Shown here piece by piece: positions 46,360-59,131 of a DNA stretch of 64,000 bases (position 1 is its first letter; every line of letters begins with the position of its first letter). The position numbers and the translations under genes are program-made. The notes beneath the pieces are model-generated. The model did not search any database and was not told where the DNA came from. It worked only from the letters and a program-made list of their open reading frames with translations. The DNA comes from an uncultured delta proteobacterium (GTDB lineage Bacteria > Myxococcota_A > Polyangia > Polyangiales > B10-G4): positions 736,001 through 800,000 of the forward strand of contig CAVSGI010000010.1 of the NCBI GenBank assembly GCA_963727445.1. Direction: 5' to 3'.

Positions 46360-49300
46360 CTACCTCGTCCCCAGTAGAGTAACGAGCGCGTCGATTTCAT
46401 GCTCGTCCGTCACGTCGTCCCGCGCGCGATTGGCCTCGCCCACCACCCGCGCGGCGAGGATGGCAATCGCGGCGGCCGCCCGTGGGTCTCCCGAATCCAT
46501 GGCGTTCTGGACTGCCTGCACCACCGGATTGCGGCTCGTGAGCTCGTAGCTCTCGTCGTCGCCGCGCCGGAGGATCGCTCGCCGCCGGCTCGGGGTCACC
46601 GACACCGAGACCTTCACCTTCGTCTCGAAGAGGCGAGCGAATACCTCCTGTCCCACGCCCGGCGAAGGCGGTTTCGGTGCCGTCAGCGGTGCGGTGGAAG
46701 CGAGAGTTGGCGTCTCGACCACCTCGTCGAAGCTGACCGCCGGCCACTCGAAGTCGTCCGTGTCGTCGTCGTCCCCTGCGTCCGCGACAATCAGCGCCTT
46801 CGTCACAGGCGCCGGCATCAGCGCGGACCTCGCCTCGGGCGGCCACCGTCGCGCGCGCCAATCGAGGTGCATCAGGATGGCCCGCGCCGCGAGCAATCCA
46901 TCGTCGATGAGCCAGGGATCCTCCGCGGTCGGCCCCCCTTCGTTCGACTCGAAGGTGTCGCGCACCGCCTCCACCTGCGCGGGGCTGACGAACCAGACGA
47001 TGCCCCCCTTCCCCGTGAGCCACCGCTCCACGGTGGCGGGATCGAATCGGCCGCCCCACGCCGAGCGGCCATTCGTGCTCGCCCGGAAGGTCCTCGGCCT
47101 TCACCAGCTTCGCCGCGATCCCCTGAACGATGTGGGCGGCCTTCACCGGATCCCACTCGTTCGCCACGCGCCGCGAGAGGCTGCTGAGCATGCGGGTGTA
47201 GACGACCTTCGCGACCCGCTCCGCCGCGTCGACGTGCGGAAGCCCGTCGACGAAGAGACGCCCTTCGATGGGAAGAGACGCGGATCCTGCCCCGCGCAGG
47301 ACGCGACTTCCCCCGCGATCGACGACCGTCACCGGCTCGGGTGGGACGCCGCCGCTTCGCGCCCACAAGGCGCCGCGCACCGGAATCTCCACACCCGCGC
47401 GCCGCGCATCGGCCACGCTCACGCGCCGCGGCTCGAGGGCGTCGTGCGGGATCTTCACCAGCGAGCTCAGCGCGCGCTCCGAGGCGCGGCGCACCTCACG
47501 CTTCAGCGTTTCGAAAGCGTCGCCCTCCTCCAAGGCGCCCGACCAGGTGCGGTTGGGCTCGACCTGTGGCGCATCCACCACCGCGCGCGTCGGCCACTCG
47601 CACGGGTCCCGATGCTCTCCCAGCGGATGGCGTTCGCGACTCAGCCGCATCCCGCGATGCGCATCGAGACCTGGCCGGAGAGGCGCCACCACACCTTCGA
47701 TCCGGTGCTCGCCCTTGGCCTTCAAGATCTCCCAGGCCATGGCGGCGCTGTCCTCGCCGTATTCGAGGGTCAGGCTCTCCACCGGCCGACGGTTGCGGTT
47801 GCGCCGAGCCTCCGCATCCTGGCGCAGCTCCTCCGTGGCGTCGGTGAGGATCAACAGCTCGCCCAGGAGGTTCGTCGCCTCGTCACCGGAAAGCCGAAAC
47901 GCGTGGCGCTCGGGGTCGAGCGGGACCTCCGCGCACCCGAAGTCTGTCACGTACCACACCACGCCGAAGCGCTCCGACTGCTCGCGAATCGCGTCTTTGG
48001 TGAGCCAGATGCCCTCGGTGGTCTCGAAGAGCGGCAGCGCGTCCCCCTCCTCGTCGCCGGCGAGGACGCGGCCATCGAGCATGGCGCTTCGAATCCGCCG
48101 TTTCTCCTCCGTCGTGAGGAGCGCGACGCCGTCTTCGACGAGCCGTCGAACCAGCAGCGCTGTGAGCTGCTGGAGCCGCTCCGCGAGTGGGGCGTGCCCG
48201 GCGATCTTCGTCGGGTCACGGGGCACGTCGGGCGACTCGAGGGTCGCGACGATCGCTGGAAACACCGACACCGACACCACGTCGAGCGCGCGACCGCCGC
48301 GGCGAATGTAGACGCGGCTCGACCCCGAGTCGCTGAGGCCGATCTCTCCGGGACCGAGCGCCGCGCGGAGTCGGCGGTCTTTGCCGACCAGGGTGCTGAC
48401 GTCGTGCACGTGCGAGGCGTCCTCGACACCATGCAGCGTCGGCTTGGGCACCAGACCCTGGGCGACGCGCCTGCGCGACTGCAGCTGCTCACAGGCCTTG
48501 GTGACGTCGGCGACGTCACAGCCGGTGATGGCGCTGATCAACGCCAGCTGTCGCCTACGCTCCTGCCCTTCGGCGACGCGGAGCACGGGGCGGTCGAGGC
48601 TGTGTGGTGCTTCGCCATCGTCCGGGCCGAGCCACATCCCCACGTAGGTCGCCACGTAGACCTTCGAGCGCCGGAGGGCTGCGCGCGCGCCCACTCGATC
48701 CCCTTGAACCGAATCGAAGAGCGGCGCCTCCCCGAGGGTCTCGAGGGCCTTCGCGATGCGTCGTGCGCCCGGCCCATCTTCCACCGGATGGTCGATCCAC
48801 CAGTCGAGGAGGCGACGGGCGGCGTGGTCGACGCGCAGCGCGTCGGGATCGCGCGCAGCGAGCCCGGCCAACAGCGACGGGACCTGTTCGATCACCATCG
48901 CCTCGATCGCTTCGCGCGCCTTGTCGGAGACCTCGACGAAATCCTCGTCCGCTGCCATCGCGGTCGCCCGAACGGTGGCGGCGACCGGCGGGCCACCAAT
49001 CCAGGTCTTGGAGGAGAAGGACCGGTCCTCGATCAGGATCTCGAGGCTGCTCGACTCCATCGTCAGGCCCACCCGGAGCTTCCGCACGAGCGGCGACGAT
49101 GGCTCGACGTCGACGGCTCGAGCGTCGTCAGCGGAGGGAGGGATTTCGATCTTCGGCCGCTCGCGATGCACCTCGAGGCGCGCCGACCTGAGCGCCTTCT
49201 TGCGGCGCCGCTCGAGCTCCTTGTCGGCGTTCCTCGCCTGCTTGCCGAGCATCGCCGCCACGGCCCGTGCCAGGCGTTCGGGCGCGCGCAGGGGGTGAAA

Positions 49301-52027
49301 GCCATCGAGCTCGAAGTCTGCAGCGCGGTCGGGAGCGACGTAGCGGAGCGTGCCCGGGTGGAGCTTCTCGATCTCGTCGAGGCTGTGCGCGGCCTCGAGC
49401 CCGAGAACGAAAAAGAGCGGCAACGCGCGAAGACTCTGGCGAAGCGCTCTGGGTAGGACGGTCTCGAGCCCGACCTCGCCGAGCCGTTCCAGGAGCATCG
49501 GCACCACCTGCCGCTCGAAGATCTCGTCCGCTACGAAGAGACCCGGTGCGTCGTTGCCCACCAGGTGGGCCGCACACCTGCGCATCAGCATGCTCTCTTC
49601 GACCGAGAAGAGCGCCGGAACGAAGCCGCCCGTGACGCTTTGCCATTGCTCGTCCGGCACCAGCGCAGTCCCCTCGTAGAGAACCCACGCCGGAAAGCGC
49701 GTGTCGATCTCGTTGCCTTTGAAGAGCGTCTGACCGCAGTGACGGATGTCGACGATGGGCACCGTCACCGTCATGCCGATGGCGCCGAAACCCGCGTCGC
49801 GATCGAAGCTCATCGCGGCCCCGGTGACCGTGGCGAGCTCCCGCGCCAGGCTGTCCCCGTCGCGCGCGACCGAGAGCTCGCCGCGGTCGTAGTGTACGAA
49901 GCTCGCCGGCTCCGGCAGGAGCGCACGCAGGTATGCGCGATCGTCGGTACCGCCGGCGATCACCAGCCGCTTCGGCGGCAACCCCGGGCACGCACGCGAC
50001 GCGGCGCTCGCATCGGCGGTGAAGTACGTCCCGTGCTCGGCGCTCTTCGCGATCGTCTCCAGAGAGGCCCATCGCGCTTCGCCGTCGGTCGTCAGCGCCG
50101 GGAACACCTCTGCGCTGCGCAACGGTCCCGGAAAGTCGCGCCGGTCGAAGAGCTGGTGATGAGCGTAGATCGCCCCGCGCAGAGCGGCGCGCACCTCTTT
50201 CGACGCCGCCAGCTTCTTCGCGGAGCGGACCCAACGCTGCCGCGGCTCGCCTTCGGTCGTCGTGTCCCCCGCGAGCCGCGACGCCAGGAGCTCGGCCGCC
50301 CAGATGGCCGCCCCGATCAGCGCGCTGTCGACGGCGGCTGCGCCCTCGTCGTCCCGGAGCGCCGAGAACGTCTCGTTCGGGGTCAACAGCGGTGACCAGA
50401 CCACCGCCTCGAAGGGCACCCGCGACTCGATGCGTCGCTTCGCGAGCAGGCGCCCGTCGTAGAGGTAGCTGACGGTCGCGTGCGCGCCCGACGACGTGAG
50501 GCAGAGCTCGCCTTCGAGGGCGGGCATGGTGAAGAAGTGCGGCGACAGCGCGCTCCCATCCGTGACGCGCTCCGGCAGGTCCGCGAGCGGGATGGAGAGC
50601 AGCTGCCCCTCGGCCTCGCGCACCACGCCTTCGTGAACCGGGTACCGCAGGTATCTCAGGCGCGCGAGGCGGCTCCGCTCTGCAGTGGCGATGCGGGGCG
50701 CGACGTCTTCGAGCTCCGTGTGGGCGAGGAGGATCTCCACCGCATCGCCCGGCCGCACCCAGATCAGGTCGAAGAGCCACTCCGCCAGGCGCTCGTCGAG
50801 GGGCTCCTCGCCGCGATAGACGAAGGCCGAGTGGTGCGCCGCTGCGGCGACCTCCGACAGCGTGCGCGGGTTACCGAACGCATCTCGCAGGAGTGGAAGC
50901 TCGAGGAGCGGAGCGAGTGGACCCGAGACGAGCCCGCCCACGTGCGCGCGAAAATCGGTGACGCCCACCGCGGAAGCGAGGAGGGCGAAGGCGCTCCGTT
51001 CGAGCTCCGCCCGCCCGTGCGCGGACCACTCGAGCGTCGGCTCGGGTCCCAGCTCGCCGGCGATTTTTTCGACCAGCTCCGCGAACACCTCGGAGGCGCG
51101 GGCCTCTGCCTGCGCGATCGGCGCGTCGTCTCGCCGCACTTCGGAGCGCGAGGCGTTGGTCGGCAGGCGGTCCGCGTCGACCGAAACGCGGATCGGAACC
51201 GCCTGGTAGACGGAGATACCGAGCTCGATGGGATGGCGCGCGAGGAGCACCCCGCGCTCGCAGGCCTCGAAGATCGCGGGCCGGGCCCAGTCGGGCCGCG
51301 TGGCGGCGTGCATCAAGGCCATGAACCCGTCGATGTCGGGCCCGAGCGGGATGCGGAGCACGTCGCGGTCGGAGCGCGCTCGCTCGAGCACGCCGTCGCC
51401 GATGGCGATCGGCACCCGCGTGTCGTCGCAGCTCTCGCGGACCAGGCGCAGCTCCGGGGGCTCGCGTCCGGAGACGAAGGTCGTCAACACGCCGAGGTCG
51501 GGGAAGCGACGCAGATGCACCAGCACCCCCTTCGCCGGCGCAGCGAGGGGCTTCGCCACGTCCTCGGCGACCAGGTGGCGCAGCTTGGATGCGCCGGCGA
51601 GCGGATCGTCCTCGTCGACCTCCAGGATCGAAGGCGTGTAGCGCACGCGCTTCGTGCCCGCATCGGCGACGACGTAGATGTCGACGTACCGCGGCCGGAG
51701 GCCAAGGGCGGTGTTGATGGCCGTCGCCATCAGGCGCAGGTGGCGGCGCGCGGGATCGGCCACCGGATTGACGAGCTCGTCCAGGAGCGTCGTCAGGTCG
51801 TCGAGCTGGGGCGCCCTTCCCTCCCAGCTCACGCGCACGTCGTCCGAGTCGCCGGTGACGCGCAGCGAATCGGCGCCGAGGGTCACGCCCGCCCGGAGCA
51901 GCTCCAGGATCCACATCTCGGGCTCCGGCAGCTGATAGTCGCGGAGCTTCATCACCGCGCGCGCGGCATCGACGCGCAGGCTCCCCACACTGACCTGCCG
52001 TCCGGGCGCTGGGCGGCGCGCGGTCAA
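46360..52027 (-). CDS. Very large (~1888 aa) protein with degenerate HSP90/GHKL-like N-terminus (one +1 frameshift ~47046)
   Basis: TTG start overlapping the upstream stop; KLRDYQLPEPEMWILELLRAG; LPTNASRSEV; the 46360-47031 ORF continues it after the frameshift. Confidence 0.72.
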
Positions 52028-53655
52028 GAGAGGCTCCCCAGGATTCGCTCGACCGCGTCGCGGGTGAGCGCCTCGTCGGCGCTGGCGTCGAGACGGTCCG
52101 TGGTCAGGAGGATCGCGCGGGTCAGAAAGGTCGCCGCGACCTCGGGCTCCGCGCTCATCGCCGCGCGGGCGGCGCGGACGATCGGCGCGCGGACGTTGAG
52201 GACGAGTGGGCGCCGGCCGAGCAGGCGCATGGGGTCGGTGTCGATCTGGTCGCCGACCAGCCAGGGCGAGTCGATCTCCCCGCTCGCGATCCAGATGCGC
52301 CGCTCGCCCGCCCCCGAGAGCTCTCCGAGATGAATCGACGCCGGCGCGCGCGCATGTGCCTCGAGGAGCTCGCCGACCATGGAGAGCAGCGCATCGTCGG
52401 AGGGCCGACGCTCGACCGGCCGAACCAGCGTGTAGACGGCGCTCGCCGCGCGGCACCTTCGCCTTCGCGTCACCGAGGAGACCAACGCGAGCAGAGACTC
52501 CAGCTCGGAGGCGTCGAGACCGCGGGCGTCGAGGACCGCCACCCCCCGTTCGGCCAGGGCGCGCGTCAGCTCGTTCGCTTCGAGCGCATAGAGCTCCGGG
52601 GGGTGCTCACCCGTCGCGACCGACTTTCCAGCGATCGGCGCGAGCAGCGGAAAGGTCCAGCGCGACAGGGGCACGTCGATGCTGGACGGATCCATCACCG
52701 TGAGCAGCGCCCGGTGCCGCTCGACGTCCGACGCCGCCGCATCCGCCAGCGCATCGATCATCGCCCGCCCCAACTGATGCGACACCGCGTCCTGCACCAC
52801 GCGGATCGCGCGGTCGAAGGCCGCATCGCGCCGGACGTTGTCGCGGCTGAGCGTGTGCTCGAGGTGCGGGTCCTGAACCTTGAAGCTCACCGTCCCCACC
52901 AGGGGAGCGTCCGTCTCCCACAGCGTGAGCCCGCCGTTGAAGAACCCCGCGTAGGTTCCGTTCAGGCGCTTGCCAACGACCGCATGGGTGTCACCGCTTT
53001 GCACACTCACCGAGACCAGCGCGTCCTCGAGCTCCAGCGGGCGGTCGATGCGAGCCTCGCGCACGAGCTCGCCGCTCGCATCGAGCGCGACGAGCTGGAT
53101 CGGGATTCGCGCGTGCTTGCACCAGCGCACCAGCGCGACCTCGGAATCCACGATGAGCTTGCCGTAGGCCTCGGAGGCCATCGGCACGTGCAGCGTCACC
53201 GTCGTGCCGCTTTCGCTTCCCTGCACTTCGAAGAGCTCCCAGCTCTGGTCCGATCGCAGGTGCACGACGTGACCCACACCATCGCCCGTCGCCGTTCGCA
53301 CCTCCACTAGCTCCGGCGACATGGCCAGCACCGAAACGAAGCCGACGCCGAACTTCCCGATGGCGTCCTCCCGATCCTCCTTGCCGGATCGGAACAGAAC
53401 GAGGAGCTCCTCCTCGATCACCTCGCGGCTCATCCCGGTGCCGGCGTCGCGCACGGAGATCTGCGCCGCCCCCTCGTCCCATACGATCCGCACGGTGATC
53501 GATCGGCTGCCTGCGTCGATGGCGTTCTGGACGAGCTCGCGATAGAAGGCGAGTGGATCGGCGAACTGCTCGATCAGATCCGCGACGAGGCCCGTCTCCT
53601 CCGGCGCGGTCGATGCGCGCGCGTTCGGACCTCCGCGGTAGGGCGCTCCGGCCAT
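52024..53655 (-). CDS. HSP90-family (GHKL) ATPase
   Basis: FYRELVQNAIDA, RDAGTGMS, IGKFGVGFVS, SGTTVTL, LSRDNV. Confidence 0.88.
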   Translation of the reverse strand: MAGAPYRGGPNARASTAPEETGLVADLIEQFADPLAFYRELVQNAIDAGSRSITVRIVWDEGAAQISVRDAGTGMSREVIEEELLVLFRSGKEDREDAIGKFGVGFVSVLAMSPELVEVRTATGDGVGHVVHLRSDQSWELFEVQGSESGTTVTLHVPMASEAYGKLIVDSEVALVRWCKHARIPIQLVALDASGELVREARIDRPLELEDALVSVSVQSGDTHAVVGKRLNGTYAGFFNGGLTLWETDAPLVGTVSFKVQDPHLEHTLSRDNVRRDAAFDRAIRVVQDAVSHQLGRAMIDALADAAASDVERHRALLTVMDPSSIDVPLSRWTFPLLAPIAGKSVATGEHPPELYALEANELTRALAERGVAVLDARGLDASELESLLALVSSVTRRRRCRAASAVYTLVRPVERRPSDDALLSMVGELLEAHARAPASIHLGELSGAGERRIWIASGEIDSPWLVGDQIDTDPMRLLGRRPLVLNVRAPIVRAARAAMSAEPEVAATFLTRAILLTTDRLDASADEALTRDAVERILGSLS

Positions 53656-53742
53656 GGCGAGGAAGCATAATCCCTCGCCGCCATCGGTCGTAGGGCGCTC
53701 TGCTTGCCCTCCGCGCTCGGGCACCCCACACTCCGCCCTCCC

Positions 53743-54402
53743 GTGGAGCGCATTACCGAACCCGAGCTGATGGATGACAGCAATCAGGCGGCGGCGTACG
53801 CCGGCGCCGACTTCGACGAGCCGAATCGGCAGTTCGTCGAAGAGCTGAGGTCCCGCATCCCCGACGTGCCGACGATGATGAGGGTCGTGGATCTCGGCTG
53901 CGGGCCCGCCGCCATCCCCATCGACCTGGTCGCGCGCCACACCACCATGCGCATCGATGCCGTCGACGGCGCGGAGGCGATGATCGAGGTGGCGCGGGAA
54001 GCGGCCGAGGATGCCCCCGGCGCTGATCGGCTGCGACTGATCCACGGACTCCTGCCGGGCGCCGGGCTGGAGAGTGCGGCCTACGATCTCGTGCTGAGCA
54101 ACAGCCTGCTACATCACTTCGAGGACGCGTCGGTCTTCTGGAGCGAGGTGCGACGGCTGTCCTCCCCGGGTGGCAGCATCTTCGTCGTCGACCTCCGGCG
54201 TCCGCCCAGCCGCGGAGACGTGGCGGCGCTGGTCGACCGGTACTCGGGTGAAGAGCCGGAGATCCTGCAGCGCGATTTCTATCGCTCGCTCTGCGCCGCC
54301 TTCACGCCGGCCGAGGTGCGCAAGCAGGTCATCGCCGCGGGGCTCTCGCTCTCGGTGCAGAGCCTCGGCGACCGCCACCTCGTGGTCTGGGGCCGCGCTT
54401 AG
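53743..54402 (+). CDS. Class I SAM-dependent methyltransferase
   Basis: EPELMD, VVDLGCGPA, SNSLLHH, DLRRP, SLCAAFT. Confidence 0.88.
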   Translation: MERITEPELMDDSNQAAAYAGADFDEPNRQFVEELRSRIPDVPTMMRVVDLGCGPAAIPIDLVARHTTMRIDAVDGAEAMIEVAREAAEDAPGADRLRLIHGLLPGAGLESAAYDLVLSNSLLHHFEDASVFWSEVRRLSSPGGSIFVVDLRRPPSRGDVAALVDRYSGEEPEILQRDFYRSLCAAFTPAEVRKQVIAAGLSLSVQSLGDRHLVVWGRA

Positions 54403-55229
54403 AGGCCTGTCGCCTTCGGGCAATCGCTTCGGCACCACTCGCTCCACGAGCCCACGTAGAGCTGCGCGCCCTCGATCCCCGCGTGCGCGAGGGCGAGGAG
54501 CGTGTGGCAAGCTGTGACGCCCGAGCCGCAGCTGACAATCAGGTGCTCGGGCGGCCGTCCGTCGAGGAGCGCACGGTATTTCTCGCCGAGCGCTCGGGGA
54601 TCGAGGAAACGACCGTCGGGCCCCAGGTTGTCCTCGAAGAAGAGGTTGTCGGAGCCGGGGATGTGGCCCGCCACCGGATCGAGCGGCTCGATCTCGCCGC
54701 GATAGCGTTCGGCGGCGCGCACGTCGAGGACCTTCCACGACGGGTCGTCGACGCGTGCGGCGACCTCTTCCACCACGGCGGTGGGCGAGAGCCAATCTTC
54801 GGGCACGGGATAGTCGGGCGCGGGCTCGGGCGCGCGCGTCTCCTTCTCCGTGGGGAACCCTTGCGCCAGGGCCGCGGCCCATCCGCCATCGAGCACCCGC
54901 ACTCGCGAGTGGCCGACAGCGCGAAGCATCCACCACAGGCGCGCCGCGGCGTTGGCGCCGCCCTTGTCGTCGTAGACCACCACGTCGGAGTCGGGCGTGA
55001 TGCCCAGCCGGCCGAGGGTGTGAGCGAACGTGGACAGAGATGGCAGTGGGTGGCGTCCGCCGACGGAAGGGTCGGCATGATCGCCAGAGAGATCGGTGTC
55101 GAGCTCCACGTGCTGCGCGCCGCTCAAGTGCCCGTTGGCGTAGGCCGCCGCGCCGGCCGGCCCCGAGCGCGCATCGATCAGAACCATGCCGGGCTCGAGC
55201 GCCGAGGCGCCGATCAGCGGGGAGACCAT
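54399..55229 (-). CDS. Thiosulfate/3-mercaptopyruvate sulfurtransferase (SseA-like rhodanese)
   Basis: GRHPLP, AARLWW, GHIPG, SCGSGVTAC, YVGSWSEW. Confidence 0.93.
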   Translation of the reverse strand: MVSPLIGASALEPGMVLIDARSGPAGAAAYANGHLSGAQHVELDTDLSGDHADPSVGGRHPLPSLSTFAHTLGRLGITPDSDVVVYDDKGGANAAARLWWMLRAVGHSRVRVLDGGWAAALAQGFPTEKETRAPEPAPDYPVPEDWLSPTAVVEEVAARVDDPSWKVLDVRAAERYRGEIEPLDPVAGHIPGSDNLFFEDNLGPDGRFLDPRALGEKYRALLDGRPPEHLIVSCGSGVTACHTLLALAHAGIEGAQLYVGSWSEWCRSDCPKATGL

Positions 55230-55286
55230 GCGCTGAGCGTCTCAAGGAAACCCTGTATTCTCAACCACCTGAACGTTCGGGTCCGA

Positions 55287-55333
55287 CAAAGTGTAAAGTG
55301 TTACTTGACACTTTGCGGCGTGCGCCCGAGACT
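55287..55333 (+). promoter_or_regulatory. Palindromic operator overlapping a sigma70-like -35 element
   Basis: CAAAGTGTAAAGT-GTT-ACTTGACACTTTG (12/13 inverted match); TTGACA at 55305-55310, 17-bp spacer, GAGACT. Confidence 0.7.
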
Positions 55334-55340
55334 CGGGGTC

Positions 55341-56558
55341 ATGGCCGCTGCCATGAGTCGACGACGTTCGCCGCTGGTCGCCCTCCTGCCCCGCCGGCTT
55401 CGCCAGCGGATCGAGGGCGCGCGCCACGACCTGCGCATGCTGCGCGGCAGCCTCCGTGGTGAAGCGCCGCCCTACCTCGTGCCTCGGCGCGGGAAGAAGC
55501 CCGAGACGAGCCCACCGCGCCGATCCGTGATCGCGTGGCGACACTTCACCGCGACGGAGGTGATCCGCGAGACGCCGGACGCCGTCACCCTCGTCCTGTC
55601 GCCGTCGGACGGGCGCCCGATCGTCTTCGAGGCCGGGCAGTTCTTGACCGTCGAGGTGGAGCTCGACGGCCAGCCGCTGCGGCGCGCCTATTCGATCTCC
55701 AGCGCGCCGAGCGACGGCCGAATCTCGATCACCGTCAAGCGCATCCGCGACGGCCGCGTCAGCAACCACCTGAACGACCACGCGGTCGTGGGCTCGCGGC
55801 TGAAGGTGCGTGGACCGTCGGGCAGCTTCGGCGCACCAAGGGACGCGCGCGAGCTCGTCATGATCGCGGGCGGGAGCGGGATCACGCCTCTCTTCGCCAT
55901 CGCGCGCGAGGTCCTCGCGGGCGAGCCGGAAGCGCGCGTCACCCTGATCTACGGCAACCGAGCGCCCGAGGACGTCATCTTCGACGCGGCGCTCGCGGCG
56001 ATGGCGGAGAGCCACCGACGTTTCGTCCTCGATCGCGTGTACTCGGATCCGCCCGCGGGCCACGAGGGCCCGCGCGGGCTCCTCGACCGCGCGATGGTCG
56101 AGGCGCGCCTCGATGGCCTCGGCGTCGACCCTGCGCGCGCGGTCTTCCTCGTCTGCGGACCGGAGCCGATGCGCCACGCCACGCGCGCGGCCCTCGAGGC
56201 GCGCGGCGTGTCGGCGGCACGGATCCGCGAAGAGGTCTTCGTGCGACCGGAGCTGCGCGACGATGGCGCGCCGCTGCCGAAGGAGAAGGTCTCGGTGAAG
56301 ATCCTGGGCCAAGGCGACGCCCGCGAGGTGGTCGTCGCCCCAGGCCGGACGCTCCTCGAAGCCGGGCTCTCCGCAGGCGCAGCCCTGCCCTTCTCCTGCA
56401 CCATGGGCGGCTGCGCTGCGTGCAGGGTCCGCCTGACCTCGGGCGAGGTGCGCATGGAGGAGCCGAACTGCCTGACCGCGAGCGAGCGCGAAGCGGGCTA
56501 CATCCTCACCTGCGTCAGCCGGCCCCTCGGCCCCTGCACCGTGAAGGTCGAGTCGTGA
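55341..56558 (+). CDS. FAD/NAD ferredoxin reductase with C-terminal 2Fe-2S domain (PaaE/KshB-like)
   Basis: RRAYSISS, AGGSGITP, CGPEPM, CTMGGCAAC..LTC. Confidence 0.92.
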   Translation: MAAAMSRRRSPLVALLPRRLRQRIEGARHDLRMLRGSLRGEAPPYLVPRRGKKPETSPPRRSVIAWRHFTATEVIRETPDAVTLVLSPSDGRPIVFEAGQFLTVEVELDGQPLRRAYSISSAPSDGRISITVKRIRDGRVSNHLNDHAVVGSRLKVRGPSGSFGAPRDARELVMIAGGSGITPLFAIAREVLAGEPEARVTLIYGNRAPEDVIFDAALAAMAESHRRFVLDRVYSDPPAGHEGPRGLLDRAMVEARLDGLGVDPARAVFLVCGPEPMRHATRAALEARGVSAARIREEVFVRPELRDDGAPLPKEKVSVKILGQGDAREVVVAPGRTLLEAGLSAGAALPFSCTMGGCAACRVRLTSGEVRMEEPNCLTASEREAGYILTCVSRPLGPCTVKVES

Positions 56559-57286
56559 GCGCGGCAGCGGAGGTTCGGGAGCGCTACCCGTACAAGATGA
56601 AGGACCTCTGCGAGCAGACCGGCCTCGCGCGCCAGGCGATCCACTTCTACATTCGCGAAGGGCTGGTCCCCGCCGGACACAAGACCGGTCACAACATGGC
56701 GTTCTACGGCCCCGAGCATCTCGAGCGCCTGTCGCTGATCAAGCGCCTTCAGCACGAACGCTTCCTGCCGCTCAAGGCGATCAAGGCGATGCTCGACGGC
56801 CGGCAGGGTCACTTCAGCGACGAGCAGCAGCGCTTCCTCGAGGCGGTGCGCGCCGAGCTCGAAGCCATGCGCTCCGCCGGTTCGGAAGCACCGCGACTGG
56901 TGGACCCGGCGCCGCTCATGGAAGCGCACGGCGTCACGGAAGAGGAGCTCGCGCAGCTCGTCGATCTGGGGATCGTCGGCGCGGCCGAAGGCGAGGACGG
57001 GTCCCTCTCGGTCGCGGCCGAGGACGCCTGGGTCTTCGACATCGTCGGCCGCATGCGCGCGGCGGGCTTCACCGAGGAGCGTGGCTTCGACGCCAGCCAC
57101 CTGGCCATCTACGCCGAAGCGGTGGATCGCATCCTCGAACGCGACATCGAGCTCTTGAGCGAAAAGCTCCCGGGCCTGCCCCCCGGCGTCGCGGCGCGCA
57201 TGCTCGAAGCGGGCATGCCGCTGGTCCACGAGTTCCTCGCGCGCCGTCACGCGCGCCGCACCAACGACTATCTCTCGAGCGTCTGA
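56555..57286 (+). CDS. MerR-family transcriptional regulator
   Basis: YKMKDLCEQTGLARQAIHFYIREGLVP; GTGA overlap. Confidence 0.88.
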   Translation: MSAAAEVRERYPYKMKDLCEQTGLARQAIHFYIREGLVPAGHKTGHNMAFYGPEHLERLSLIKRLQHERFLPLKAIKAMLDGRQGHFSDEQQRFLEAVRAELEAMRSAGSEAPRLVDPAPLMEAHGVTEEELAQLVDLGIVGAAEGEDGSLSVAAEDAWVFDIVGRMRAAGFTEERGFDASHLAIYAEAVDRILERDIELLSEKLPGLPPGVAARMLEAGMPLVHEFLARRHARRTNDYLSSV

Positions 57287-57300
57287 CAGGGAGCACCATC

Positions 57301-58554
<1,254 letters not shown>

Positions 58555-58588
58555 CCACCTCGCGGGGGCTGTCGTACCCTCCCGCTCC

Positions 58589-59131
58589 ATGAAGAAGAAG
58601 ATCGCGTTGGGGGTGGGCGTGGTGCTCCTCCTCCTGATCATGGGCCCGGTCATCGCCGCCGCCATGCGACCGGACGAGTACCGTGTAGAGCGCACCCGCG
58701 TGATGAGCGCGACGCCGAATCTGATCGTCCCCCAGCTCGAGAACCTCGAGAAGTGGACCGAGTGGAACCCGTGGATGGATCTCGATCCGCACGCGCGCAT
58801 CGAATACTCCGATCCGTCGTCGGGCGTCGGCGCCTGGTACACCTGGGAAGGCAACGACGACCTCGGCAAGGGCAAGATGACGATCACCTCGGCCAGCGCC
58901 GAGGAGGTCACCTACGACCTCGAGTTCATCGAGCCCTTCCCCTCCACCGCCGACGTCGGCATCACCCTCGAGGAGCAGGGGGATGGCACGAAGGTCACCT
59001 GGTGGATGGAGGGAAGGAACGACTTCATGGGCAAGCTCTTCGACCTCTTCGTGGGCATGGACTCGATGATTGGCGCGGACTTCGAGCGCGGCCTCGAAAA
59101 GCTCGAGCACGCCGCGACCGACGGCGGATGA
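58589..59131 (+). CDS. SRPBCC (START-like) protein with N-terminal membrane anchor
   Basis: WTEWNPW, GVGAWYTWEGN, IGADFERGLEKL. Confidence 0.88.
   Translation: MKKKIALGVGVVLLLLIMGPVIAAAMRPDEYRVERTRVMSATPNLIVPQLENLEKWTEWNPWMDLDPHARIEYSDPSSGVGAWYTWEGNDDLGKGKMTITSASAEEVTYDLEFIEPFPSTADVGITLEEQGDGTKVTWWMEGRNDFMGKLFDLFVGMDSMIGADFERGLEKLEHAATDGG

Noticed and set aside
52024..53655. htpG
   Set aside because: It has GHKL motifs but lacks the canonical HtpG N-terminal and middle-domain signatures
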